Part shown: positions 8,836-20,898 of the stretch, piece by piece
Position numbering within the stretch: position 1 is the first letter of the stretch
How the letters are laid out: every line of letters starts with the position of its first letter
Assembly (NCBI GenBank): GCA_039768255.1
Contig: JBDNAW010000019.1
Coordinates: 3,213-67,212, forward strand
Reading direction: 5' to 3'
Origin: Akkermansiaceae bacterium
GTDB taxonomy: Bacteria; Verrucomicrobiota; Verrucomicrobiia; Verrucomicrobiales; Akkermansiaceae
Length of the DNA: 64,000 nucleotides
Program-made: the position numbers and the translations under genes
Notes under the pieces: model-generated
Told to the model about the DNA's origin: nothing
Seen by the model: only the letters and a program-made list of their open reading frames with translations
The model's database searches: none

Positions 8836-11001
8836 TTAATAAAGTTCTTCCTTGGAAGAATTCGATGCAGCTTTAGCAGATTGAGATGGAGCTTCTAACG
8901 GCGCGGAGGTTGGAGGAGTAGTGTTTTCATCCATCGCACTTGGTGCATAGTAAGTGTAGTAACTTGTGTAATACTGGTACTGACTATCACTACGGACATC
9001 AACATTATTAAGAACCACACCAATCACTTGGCCACCGACATTTTCAACCGCCTGCTTCACGCGAAGGAGCATATTACGAGGTAGTTTACGATGCTGAACT
9101 ACCACCATCGTAAGATCTACTTCACTAGCAAGGACTGAGGCATCACTCACCCCAAGAATTGGTGGAGAATCTACAAGCACCAGATCAAAACGTTGCTTCA
9201 CATCTTGAAGGAGCTCAGACATACGACGAGAGTTCAAAATTCCAGCCGCATCAGCAGGGAGGATACCAGAAGGAAGAAAATACAAGTTATCGACTGGCGT
9301 CTGAAGAATCACGTCTTCAAGGGCAAGATCGGTCGTCAGATAGTTGGTGAGCCCAACTGAATTATTGATATCGAAGAACGTATGCAGACGAGGACGACGA
9401 AGGTCAGCGTCAATCATCAACGTCGTGTATCCACCTTGCGCACATACATACGCGAGGTTTACCAGCGTAGTTGACTTACCTTCACCTGCTCCACCAGAGA
9501 CAACGGTGATTGAGTTATCCTCGGGGTTCTTTCGGTTGAATTCGATATTCGTTCGGAGGATTCGGTAAGCCTCGGCGTCAGGGCTCATTCCACTCTGCTT
9601 GTGCAACACTCCAACATCCTTAGGAATCACCGCCAGGACCGGAACCTGAAGGTAGCGCTCAACATCCTCAAGACTCTTCACGGAAGTGTCCAAGTGCTCA
9701 AGGAGGAAGGCTATACCCACTCCGAAAATAAACCCTACACCTGCACCAAGAATTAAGTTCAAAGTAACGTTGGGAAATACGGGGCTGGTAGCCACTTTAG
9801 GCAGCTCATGTAAAGTGATCGGGGTGCGCGGCATTCTAAGCAAAACACGTTGCTCTTGCTGCTGAAGTTTCATCTCACGATAAAGGTCTCGCGCTTGCTC
9901 ATACTCTTCTTTTGCAGAGTTGTATTTGTGCTGCTGCATCGAGAGAGCAACGGTATCATCCTGCTTCTCATCAACCATCTCACGCATTTTCTCTACTTGT
10001 TGGTCCACAAGGTTCAAACGAGTACGCAATACGTCACGTAAGTTTTCAACTTCTTCACGCGCATCGATCATGAGAGTTGCAATAGTGCCATCAATCCCCT
10101 TCACCGTTGGGTGGTTAAGACCTAGGCCTTGAGCGATGATGTTATCACGCTGACGCTTTGAATCCTGATACTGCTTGTAAAGCGTACTCACCTGATTCTC
10201 CGGGAGTTCAAGTCCAGCCGCAGTACGGATCAGATCTTCAGTATCTGCATTGATGAGTTTTTTAATTTGGATTTCAAGCTGATCTCTATTTTGCTCAAGA
10301 GTATCTAGCTTAGAAGTCGCACGACGATACATCTCCTCCTCAGTCAAACCAACTGGGCTCGAGCTACGTCCATCGAAATATGGAATTCCATATTGTTGAA
10401 TTAAGACTGTCAAAGCAGTGCGTCGCTCTTGCACCAGATCACCATGACGCTGCAGCTCGTCATCTAGAGTGCGTAGAGATTTTTCAGCCCTCTCCTTTTC
10501 ATTGCGATTACGACGAGCGATGTAGGCATCCGCAATCATCTCTGAAATGTCCTTAGCATCCTCTGCGTTTGCGTGACGGACTGAAATTTCAATAAAGTCT
10601 GTTCCTCGTCTCGGGTTTGTTTTGACGATCCTATCTAGTGTCGTAACCACCTCATTGAGATCCATTTCCCAGCGACTAGGAAGCCCAAGTGCCTCAGCAG
10701 CTTCTTGCAAAGTCTGCGGAGCTACGATTGTCTCAAACTCGTTCTCCATGTATCTAGCAGTGTAAATGGAGCCGGGGCCACTTCTATTACCAGAGCGAGT
10801 GGGAGACATTGTCATCATCGAAGGATGCACCTGAACCACGGTCGAACTCTGATATTTTCTCGGCATTACCGAAGTAATGACTGCTGCAGTCATAAAAACT
10901 AAAAGGAACGTTAGCAGAATTACACCATAACGGTTTTTGAGAACTTGCCAGTAATCAATACCGCCAGTGAGTTCCGAATTTTCTAAATCTTTACTTTGCA
11001 T
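8836..11001 (-). CDS. Polysaccharide co-polymerase / tyrosine autokinase (Wzc/GumC-EpsG type)
   Basis: N-terminal TM, long coiled-coil Wzz-like region, second TM. Kinase Walker A GGAGEGKST, A' MIDADLRRP, B LVLVDSPPILGVSDA. C-terminal Tyr cluster YQYYTSYYTYY. Confidence 0.9.
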   Translation of the reverse strand: MQSKDLENSELTGGIDYWQVLKNRYGVILLTFLLVFMTAAVITSVMPRKYQSSTVVQVHPSMMTMSPTRSGNRSGPGSIYTARYMENEFETIVAPQTLQEAAEALGLPSRWEMDLNEVVTTLDRIVKTNPRRGTDFIEISVRHANAEDAKDISEMIADAYIARRNRNEKERAEKSLRTLDDELQRHGDLVQERRTALTVLIQQYGIPYFDGRSSSPVGLTEEEMYRRATSKLDTLEQNRDQLEIQIKKLINADTEDLIRTAAGLELPENQVSTLYKQYQDSKRQRDNIIAQGLGLNHPTVKGIDGTIATLMIDAREEVENLRDVLRTRLNLVDQQVEKMREMVDEKQDDTVALSMQQHKYNSAKEEYEQARDLYREMKLQQQEQRVLLRMPRTPITLHELPKVATSPVFPNVTLNLILGAGVGFIFGVGIAFLLEHLDTSVKSLEDVERYLQVPVLAVIPKDVGVLHKQSGMSPDAEAYRILRTNIEFNRKNPEDNSITVVSGGAGEGKSTTLVNLAYVCAQGGYTTLMIDADLRRPRLHTFFDINNSVGLTNYLTTDLALEDVILQTPVDNLYFLPSGILPADAAGILNSRRMSELLQDVKQRFDLVLVDSPPILGVSDASVLASEVDLTMVVVQHRKLPRNMLLRVKQAVENVGGQVIGVVLNNVDVRSDSQYQYYTSYYTYYAPSAMDENTTPPTSAPLEAPSQSAKAASNSSKEELY

Positions 11002-11063
11002 TTTAACAGGGGACGTTTGGGTGTTTGGTCTTTTTTGAGCAGTTTGTAGGTGGACTTACATCC

Positions 11064-11102
11064 CAAAAAAAATCTCTCGCAATGTAAAGACATTGCGAGA
11101 GA
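11064..11102 (-). terminator. Strong rho-independent terminator between the beta-barrel gene and the wzc-like gene
   Basis: Perfect 12-bp stem TCTCTCGCAATG/CATTGCGAGAGA with a 6-nt loop, followed on the minus strand by a T8 run. Confidence 0.85.
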
Positions 11103-11133
11103 GAAATTGTTCAGAAATTATCTGAAAAACTTT

Positions 11134-12342
11134 TTAGAAACGAGCGGAGATGCCGAAGTTTACACGATTCCGGTCATATTCACGACTAGCCGCATCAGAC
11201 CCAGCATCTTCCCAGTTGTATGTTCCATTCAGCGTGATGTTTTCTGCAACCTTCAAGTTAAACCCAAGATAAAGGTTAAGAAGATCTTCACTAGCGGAAC
11301 CTGAAGTTCCATCTGCACGATCTTGATAATCAAGGTTAGAGTAATTAACTCCACCTCTCAACGCAAGACTAGGAGACAGTGAATATGTTGCAGCTACTCC
11401 CATTCGAAGAGTTTCAGGATTATTAAAAGCAACAGAATTAAAGACACGGCTGTAATCCTCAACAGAATAACGAGCATATCCACGAATGGAAAGCTGCTCA
11501 TTGACCCGAGTGTTTAGAGATGCTTCAAAACTAGGATTCGTTGATGATCTGCCATTATCGACTTCACGGAATTGCGCACCAGCTCTGACCACACCAATCG
11601 TAGATGGACTGAAACGATGCTCAAGCCCAGCCAACACAAAATGGTTAGTTGAATCACCTAAGAGGCGATCCACATCACGATCAGAGTAGCGATAGTTCAA
11701 AGTCGCCACAGTCTGAGGGCTTAACTGGTAACGGAAATTATGGTAGAACGAAAGGTTATCAACATCACTCGTGGGAGAATCGTCATATGAAAGAGAATCA
11801 AAAACGAAACCAGTATAAGTTCCTAGGCGGTCAGTCCAACGGTAACCAACACTGTTATCAGTGAAAAATCGAAGATACGAACCCACTTGACCAAAACCAC
11901 CTACACCAGCTGAGCGATCAGGCTCGAGCTCTTGGCTTGCGTAATTTCGGCTAACGAAGCGAAGACGCTCACTGACTCTGTGATTCCAATTTAGACCAAA
12001 CCCAAGTGTAGGTGTCGTTTGATCAGCGGCACCAATGAGAGAGTCGAAGTAATGGATGACACCCACACGGGCAAAGAATTCAGTGCGTGTCTGCGGGGAA
12101 ACAGAAAGTAGTGATGCACCAACTTGAGCTGTTCCGTATAGAGAGCTACCATTGACGTTATTTCCAGCGCCATTTCTAAGAAGCGGAGTTGGATTATCGT
12201 CATAGCCTACACCTGCAGAAAAAGTGTAGTGAAGAGGAATGGACTCATCTTCCTCAGCTGCTGGAGCGAGGTCGAAAAGCGATTGCGCACTCAAAGAGGC
12301 GACAGAAGCCATTGCGAATGCAGAGATTGCGAGTTTTTTCAT
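11134..12342 (-). CDS. Outer-membrane beta-barrel protein (BBP2_2/EpsL-like, polysaccharide-locus associated)
   Basis: Signal peptide (..SLSAQS), alternating beta-strand pattern, GYDDNP motif near the N-terminus, C-terminal aromatic ..FGISARF. Confidence 0.65.
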   Translation of the reverse strand: MKKLAISAFAMASVASLSAQSLFDLAPAAEEDESIPLHYTFSAGVGYDDNPTPLLRNGAGNNVNGSSLYGTAQVGASLLSVSPQTRTEFFARVGVIHYFDSLIGAADQTTPTLGFGLNWNHRVSERLRFVSRNYASQELEPDRSAGVGGFGQVGSYLRFFTDNSVGYRWTDRLGTYTGFVFDSLSYDDSPTSDVDNLSFYHNFRYQLSPQTVATLNYRYSDRDVDRLLGDSTNHFVLAGLEHRFSPSTIGVVRAGAQFREVDNGRSSTNPSFEASLNTRVNEQLSIRGYARYSVEDYSRVFNSVAFNNPETLRMGVAATYSLSPSLALRGGVNYSNLDYQDRADGTSGSASEDLLNLYLGFNLKVAENITLNGTYNWEDAGSDAASREYDRNRVNFGISARF

Positions 12343-12410
12343 AAATTTAAGTGTTAAAATCTTAAGTAAGCTCTTTCCGCATTTAGCGAAGAGAGCTCAG
12401 AACGAAATTA

Positions 12411-13040
12411 TTAATTAGAGCCAACCTCAGAAGCTGAAGGAGGAGTAACGATTGGAGGGGCTACTGGACCACCAGGAGGGAGGATCGGAGGAAGAACTGT
12501 AAATCCGCCAGGGCCAGGTCCGACGAGAGCGCTTTTGTTTCCGCCAGAGCTAGGTCCGATGAGATCGCTAGTGTCTCCACTCGGGAAATCAAGTGGGTTT
12601 GCACTCGCAGTTTCTCCATCCGGGATACCACCTTTAGAGTCATCAAGACCGCCCTTCTCAGAGTAACCTTCACCACCAGCCTGATCGTATTTCTCGACTA
12701 CGCTCTGGATATTCTTAATTGCGTCAGGAGCAACTGCGATTGCACACTGCTCGATGATGCGAAGCTTGGATGGAGCCTCAAGGATTCCAGTCTCAACGAT
12801 TTTGGCAACCATGTCCTTGTTAGCATCAGAAGCAATAATGGCTGCTTTGATAACCTCACAAGCACAAGACTCGTTGGCTGCGATTTGGACAGCGACAATT
12901 TCAAGAACCTTATCAGTATCTGCTGCAACAGCAGATTTGACGGCGGAGTTGACTTTGACGCAATTAATTGTCTCGGCATTTGCGAGAGGCGCTGCAGCAA
13001 AGAGAATTGCTGTGAGCGCGAATTTCAGCGTATTTTTCAT
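12411..13040 (-). CDS. Secreted protein of unknown function (Cys-containing helical repeats plus Gly/Pro-rich tail)
   Basis: Signal peptide (..APLANA|E), about three 33-aa helical repeats with conserved Cys, then a G/P/S-rich tail (GPGPGGFTVLPPILPPGGPVAPPIVTPP). Confidence 0.6.
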   Translation of the reverse strand: MKNTLKFALTAILFAAAPLANAETINCVKVNSAVKSAVAADTDKVLEIVAVQIAANESCACEVIKAAIIASDANKDMVAKIVETGILEAPSKLRIIEQCAIAVAPDAIKNIQSVVEKYDQAGGEGYSEKGGLDDSKGGIPDGETASANPLDFPSGDTSDLIGPSSGGNKSALVGPGPGGFTVLPPILPPGGPVAPPIVTPPSASEVGSN

Positions 13041-13089
13041 GATTCTGGTTGGTTGGGGGGGATCTTTTATTTGTAAATTGTTCTTAATA

Positions 13090-13160
13090 AGCGGGTAGAG
13101 GGAATCGAACCCTCATGATCAGCTTGGAAGGCTGGAGCTTTACCATTAAGCTATACCCGC
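13090..13160 (-). tRNA. tRNA-Gly (anticodon UCC)
   Basis: Minus strand GCGGGTA-TA-GCTT-AATGGTA-AAGC-T-CCAGC-CTTCCAA-GCTGA-TCAT-GAGGG-TTCGATT-CCCTC-TACCCGC-T folds as a cloverleaf. Anticodon loop is CT-TCC-AA. CCA is not encoded. Confidence 0.95.
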
Positions 13161-13267
13161 AAGTCAATGGAGGTTCTACGGTTTCGATGGGAGATTCGCA
13201 AGACTTTTTTTACTACGGATATGCTTATCAAATCTTGGAGCTTCTCAATAGGTCGGAATACCTTGAG

Positions 13268-14023
13268 CTACAATCCTGTAGGATAATGCACAAAACTCGC
13301 ACTCGTTTGGAAGCGATCCGAAAGTAATTCTACGAGTGCCCGCACTCCAAAGGTCTCTGTCCCATAGTGCCCTCCATAAATAAATTTGAGACCCAGCTCT
13401 TCAGCCAACGGATGGCTCCAATGTGGGCCTTCCCCCGTAATAAAAGTATTTATTCCCGCTTTTGCCACCCTCTCGATCTCACTCCCTGCACCTCCCGTAA
13501 TAATCCCCACCTTTCCGACTGTAGAATCTTCGTCACCACAACTTAAAACCGGTCCATTCACCGCCTGTGAGACCCTTTCTTTCAGCTCCCTCAGGGAAAT
13601 TTCCATTTCGCCTGAAACCCCAAGGTCAAATCCTTTCCAATCCATAAAGGTGCCCGATTGCTTCAATCCGATGGCATCAGCCAACAATACACTATTTCCA
13701 AGTCTTGGGTGAATATCCAATGGAATATGAGCACTGTAGATCGATAGTCCCGCATCCATCGCCTCCTTAATCTTTGCATAAAAGGCTCCAGTCAGCGGCT
13801 TCACTCCTTGCCAAAACATTCCATGATGCACCACAAGCAAATCTGCACCTTGCTCAATTGTCTTGCGAATCACCGGCAAGCTTGCATCCACCGCACTCAC
13901 CACCTTCTCCACCTCACCTCCATTCTGAAGCTGCAAGCCATTATGAGCCCCCGGATAATCGGGAATCTCTGCAATCTGCAGCTCCTCATCCAGAAAACTC
14001 ACAATCTCATCAAGCTTCGCCAT
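13268..14023 (-). CDS. Nif3-like dinuclear metal centre protein (GTP cyclohydrolase I type 2 homologue)
   Basis: ..GAHNGLQL.., LLVVHHGMFW, HIPLDIHP, GGHYGTETFG motifs, 251 aa. Confidence 0.9.
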   Translation of the reverse strand: MAKLDEIVSFLDEELQIAEIPDYPGAHNGLQLQNGGEVEKVVSAVDASLPVIRKTIEQGADLLVVHHGMFWQGVKPLTGAFYAKIKEAMDAGLSIYSAHIPLDIHPRLGNSVLLADAIGLKQSGTFMDWKGFDLGVSGEMEISLRELKERVSQAVNGPVLSCGDEDSTVGKVGIITGGAGSEIERVAKAGINTFITGEGPHWSHPLAEELGLKFIYGGHYGTETFGVRALVELLSDRFQTSASFVHYPTGL

Positions 14024-14104
14024 ACCGCATTCAAAACCACCTTCAATCTAACAGCAATCGCATTCAGTCTCGACCCCTCCCTATTCTCAGATTAAGAAAC
14101 CGCC

Positions 14105-15409
14105 ATGTCTCACATGGAGCACACACTGGCGAGCGAAGCCACTCTCGAAGGAACCTCCCTCCACACAGGAGAAAAAGTCACACTCACACTCAAGCCTGCC
14201 CCCGAAGGCCACGGTTTTAAATTTCGTCGTGTCGACCTCCCCGATAAACCCTTTATCGATGCCTGCGTCTCCAAGGTCCAGACCGTCGAGCGCGCTACCA
14301 CTCTTGCTGAAGGCTCCGTCCGTGTCCACACCGTCGAGCACGTCCTTTCCGCCCTCGTCGGCCTCGGCGTTGATAATGCCCTCATCGAGATGGACGCCAA
14401 CGAGCCCCCCATCGGCGACGGTTCATCCCGCCCCTACGTTGAGCTCATTAAAAAAGCCGGCCTCGAAGAACAAACCGTTCCCCGCCAAATCTGGGAAATT
14501 CGCGAACCCATCCATCTCGAAACCGGGGACGGTTCCCTCGTCACTATCGTTCCGGATAAAGAATTCCGCATCTCCGTGACCAACGTCGGAAAAGACGGCC
14601 GCTTCGTTCAATACTTCTCTTCTGTGGTGAATCCTGAGACCTACGAGAAAGAAATCGCACCAGCTCGAACCTTTACTTTCTACGAGGATATTAAACCCCT
14701 CCTCGACAAAGGTCTCATCAAAGGCGGCTCCCTCGAAAATGCCGTCGTCGTCCGCGGCGAAGAAATTATGTCCAAAGAGCCCATGCGCTTTGAGAACGAA
14801 TTCGCCCGCCACAAAGCCCTCGACGTCATCGGAGACCTCATGCTTTCCGGGAAAAAATTCCGCGGCCATGTCATCGCCGTCAAGCCCGGCCATGGCCCAA
14901 ACACCGAAGCCGCCAAGCGTATCAAAAAAGAATACGCTCAAATGCGCTCGATGGTTCCACCGCTCAAGCTCCCCGAAGCCGAAGCGGTTCTCGGACCTGA
15001 AGACATCCATCGTATTCTTCCCCATCGATATCCTTTCCTCTTCATTGATCGCGTGACCGGCTTCTCCGATGAGATGAAGTGCACCGCCATTAAAAACCTC
15101 ACCATGAACGAGGAATTTTTCCAAGGCCACTTCCCCGGACACCCCGTCATGCCAGGCGTCCTCCAACTCGAGGCCATGGCACAAACCGCCTCCATCCTCA
15201 TCATGCGCCTTCCGGACAACCAAGGAAAAATCGGTTACTTCCTCAGCGCCAACAACGTCAAATTCCGCAAGCCGGTCGTCCCCGGAGACACCCTTTTCAT
15301 CGATGCCGAAATCACCAAAATGCGCCGCAACATCGGCCAAGCCGTCACCACCTGTTCCGTCAACGGAGAAATCGTCTCCAGCGCCGAACTGAAATTTGCG
15401 GTCATGTAG
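14105..15409 (+). CDS. lpxC-fabZ: Bifunctional UDP-3-O-acyl-GlcNAc deacetylase / 3-hydroxyacyl-ACP dehydratase (LpxC-FabZ fusion)
   Basis: N-terminal LpxC (SLHTGEKVTLTLKPA, HTVEHVLSAL, FARHKALDVIGDL, HGPN). C-terminal FabZ hot-dog (LPHRYPFLFIDRV, FFQGHFPGHPVMPGVL). Confidence 0.95.
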   Translation: MSHMEHTLASEATLEGTSLHTGEKVTLTLKPAPEGHGFKFRRVDLPDKPFIDACVSKVQTVERATTLAEGSVRVHTVEHVLSALVGLGVDNALIEMDANEPPIGDGSSRPYVELIKKAGLEEQTVPRQIWEIREPIHLETGDGSLVTIVPDKEFRISVTNVGKDGRFVQYFSSVVNPETYEKEIAPARTFTFYEDIKPLLDKGLIKGGSLENAVVVRGEEIMSKEPMRFENEFARHKALDVIGDLMLSGKKFRGHVIAVKPGHGPNTEAAKRIKKEYAQMRSMVPPLKLPEAEAVLGPEDIHRILPHRYPFLFIDRVTGFSDEMKCTAIKNLTMNEEFFQGHFPGHPVMPGVLQLEAMAQTASILIMRLPDNQGKIGYFLSANNVKFRKPVVPGDTLFIDAEITKMRRNIGQAVTTCSVNGEIVSSAELKFAVM

Positions 15410-15431
15410 CCTGCTGTTTCGACCTTTCTCA

Positions 15432-15470
15432 AAACCCCTCCGCCTCACACTCAGGCCGAGGGGTTTCTTC
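15432..15470 (+). terminator. Rho-independent terminator after lpxC-fabZ
   Basis: AAACCCCTC-17 nt loop-GAGGGGTTT followed by CTTC (weak U-tract). Confidence 0.6.
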
Positions 15471-15580
15471 ATCTAAGATCCGGGATCTCATAGAGCTCCA
15501 AACCATCAACGGAAAATTTAACCTCTTTCCGTCTACTCCGGTGCCAGCTCCTCACCCTTCGGTGAAAATCCTCCAGGGTA

Positions 15581-15609
15581 TTCAAACCATAAAAAAGACC
15601 CTCCACTGG
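15581..15609 (-). terminator. Rho-independent terminator after the small HTH gene
   Basis: Minus strand AAAGACCCTCC-AGTG-GAGGGTCTTTTTT, about 50 nt downstream of the stop at 15659. Confidence 0.8.
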
Positions 15610-15658
15610 AGGGTCTTTGAAAACAACAAAGGGTGCTGTGTGTGCTATTTGCGAGGCT

Positions 15659-15967
15659 TTAGAGCTTCGACTTGGCTTTCGCGTACTTCTTTTTGAGGTT
15701 CGCAAGGTGAGCCTCGGTTTTATTGATTTCGCGAATGAGGTTCGCTAATTCTTCAACAGCCTTGAGCTCTTTCGAAGAACCAACACCTCCACGCTTAGAA
15801 ATAGAAATTCCACCACCAGATTTCTTTTTCCAGGCGGCGATCGTTGCCGCAGTGACTTTATACTTTTTCACTGCCTTAGTCTGACCACCACGCCCTTGAG
15901 CGACGATGTAATCAAGGATCTCTTTTTTTTCTGCGTCTGTGTATCGCTTAGCTTTTTTCTTAGCCAT
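15659..15967 (-). CDS. Small HTH plus coiled-coil protein, IS3-family OrfA-like (orphan)
   Basis: MAKKKAKRYTDAEKKEILDYI..GQTKAVKKYKVTAATIAAWKKK resembles the transposase-8/HTH N-terminus; C-terminal heptad-like LANLIREINKTEAHLANLKKKY. Start taken at ATG 15967; the ORF extends to 16006. Confidence 0.55.
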   Translation of the reverse strand: MAKKKAKRYTDAEKKEILDYIVAQGRGGQTKAVKKYKVTAATIAAWKKKSGGGISISKRGGVGSSKELKAVEELANLIREINKTEAHLANLKKKYAKAKSKL

Positions 15968-16083
15968 GTGTGACTCTTCGAGTAGATCTCGAAAATGGTC
16001 AATCACAAATCGGCTTTATTATTTAGAAAAAAGATCGAAATATTCAGTCCTAAAACATACAATAAATTTCCCCTATAGATTAA

Positions 16084-17448
16084 TTAATGAGGCCTCATAT
16101 CGTAGCATATCAGCCGCCTTTTTGTGCCATCAAACCCTTTACTATTCTGACAAATATAGAGAAGCCCGCGATGGATCACTGGAGGTGTCCAAGTTTCACG
16201 AGCGGTAAAGAGCCTAGTTTTTTGCAAGACTTTAGGAGCTGACTCATCAAGAACGAGTTCTGCAAAACTTCCATCCTCACCAAGTGTGAAAATTCGCTCT
16301 TTCGTTTTAAGAAATGAACCCCGAAATAAACCCGTCACACGACCACTTTCCTGCCAGCGCATATCATCCTGCCATTTAATCTTTCCTGTTTTTAAATCTG
16401 TACACTTTAACTCCGTATCTGGGATATTTCTTCCTGCAAAACCGTAAAGATGATCGTTAACATTAAGGGGAATCATCATATGCATCCCAAACCATCGTTC
16501 CCGCCAAACGACTTCAGGTTGAATCTTCTCATCAAACTTTAAAAGAACTCCTCCTTTTTCATAGCAATCAGAAATGAAAATTTGGTTATTTGCTAGAATG
16601 AGTGGAGACGATGCCAAGACAGATTCATAAAGATCTGCCCGCCAAGAAAAGCGAGAATGGAGTTTCCCATTCTCAGGGTCCAGCAAAAGAAGCCCCCCAT
16701 GAGGGGGACGAGATTCCCCAGCAGCAAGAACCACCGCGACATCACGACCGTGAATCCGCGCCATCACGGGCGATGCATAGGAAGCGCCCCAAGTGTCTTC
16801 GTGTGTCCACAACGTCTTTCCAGTTTCCAAATCAAAGGCCGCGACACAAGTGCCCGAGGTTTCTTTCTCTTTCCCACCCACATTCACGATGAGACGATCT
16901 TGATGAACCACCGGATTGGGACCGTAGCCAAAGAAATATTTCGGAATCTTGAAGTCCACTTTGAGGTCACGTTTCCAATTCACCTTCCCAGACTGGAGTT
17001 CGAGACAATGAAGTTGTGCCGTCACTCCAATGAGGTAAATCCTCCCATGATGAACCACCGGACTAGTCCGAGGCCCTGCGGCAAAGCCATAACGATCTTT
17101 ATATTCAAGCGGATATGCAAAGCGCCAAATCCTCTCCCCCGTCTCAGGATGCACACAGTCGAGCGTTTCCTGACCCTTCACTGCATGGAAATGAAGGAGC
17201 TTACCCTCTGCAATAATTGGCGAGGCGTAAGACGGCCCACGTTCTAGCTCAAAGACCGGCTTTAACCCTTCCGAGATCTCTTTTAAAAGCGGACCTTCAT
17301 CAGTGGTGCAATTATCATTCGGCCCGAAGAATCGAGGCCACTCGGTCGTCACCGCGTCCCTTGAAAGCGGTCTCGGCTTTTGATGAAAAACCAGCTCACC
17401 AAAAGTTAATGACATGAAAAAAAGCCCGATAAAAAGATGTCGAATCAT
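16084..17448 (-). CDS. PQQ-like (BamB-like) beta-propeller repeat protein, secreted
   Basis: Signal peptide. Repeated ..G(K/R)(L/I)..(L/V)D..TG...W.. blades (LDCVHPETGERIWRF, LELQSGKVNWKR, FDLETGKTLWTH, TDLKTGKIKWQD). Confidence 0.75.
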   Translation of the reverse strand: MIRHLFIGLFFMSLTFGELVFHQKPRPLSRDAVTTEWPRFFGPNDNCTTDEGPLLKEISEGLKPVFELERGPSYASPIIAEGKLLHFHAVKGQETLDCVHPETGERIWRFAYPLEYKDRYGFAAGPRTSPVVHHGRIYLIGVTAQLHCLELQSGKVNWKRDLKVDFKIPKYFFGYGPNPVVHQDRLIVNVGGKEKETSGTCVAAFDLETGKTLWTHEDTWGASYASPVMARIHGRDVAVVLAAGESRPPHGGLLLLDPENGKLHSRFSWRADLYESVLASSPLILANNQIFISDCYEKGGVLLKFDEKIQPEVVWRERWFGMHMMIPLNVNDHLYGFAGRNIPDTELKCTDLKTGKIKWQDDMRWQESGRVTGLFRGSFLKTKERIFTLGEDGSFAELVLDESAPKVLQKTRLFTARETWTPPVIHRGLLYICQNSKGFDGTKRRLICYDMRPH

Positions 17449-17461
17449 TTATTTACCCTAA

Positions 17462-20689
<3,228 letters not shown>

Positions 20690-20898
20690 GGAACCAAGGA
20701 GGAGGAGCGTCTTTCCCCTCTTCTTTGTGATACGCCCGGCGAGAGCTAAAAAAAGTAATCCTATCCTATCTTTAGCGATGATCCGTGTTAAAAGGAGCCC
20801 TTACCAGTTTATCTTGGTTGGGACCTCTCGTTGACTTTCAGCCACTTCTGGCTGGCACGATCCCGTCGCCTCCTCCGAGTCTTACTCGAGGAGTCTCT

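Noticed and set aside
8116-13160. tRNA-Gly-anchored genomic island carrying the export module
   Set aside because: No integrase or recombinase is present. I found no direct repeat of the tRNA 3' end (..GGTTCGATTCCCTCTACCCGC) at the far boundary (8116-8260). Only a by-eye codon-usage difference remains, which is reported as part of the export-module finding.
14423-15472. 349-aa antisense ORF across lpxC-fabZ
   Set aside because: It is codon-aligned antisense to a gene with strong LpxC and FabZ motifs. Its 3' end runs through the lpxC-fabZ terminator hairpin. The translation has no recognisable domain.
15469-15705. 78-aa ORF between lpxC-fabZ and the small HTH gene
   Set aside because: It contains the minus-strand terminator hairpin (15581-15609) of the HTH gene, overlaps that gene's 3' end, and ends inside the plus-strand terminator of lpxC-fabZ. 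The composition is basic and low-complexity.
20785-20898. 38-codon N-terminal extension of the DUF1611 ORF
   Set aside because: It starts at a non-ATG codon. The extension is Pro/Leu/Ser-rich and shows no similarity to the family. An ATG with an upstream GAGGAG lies at 20899.
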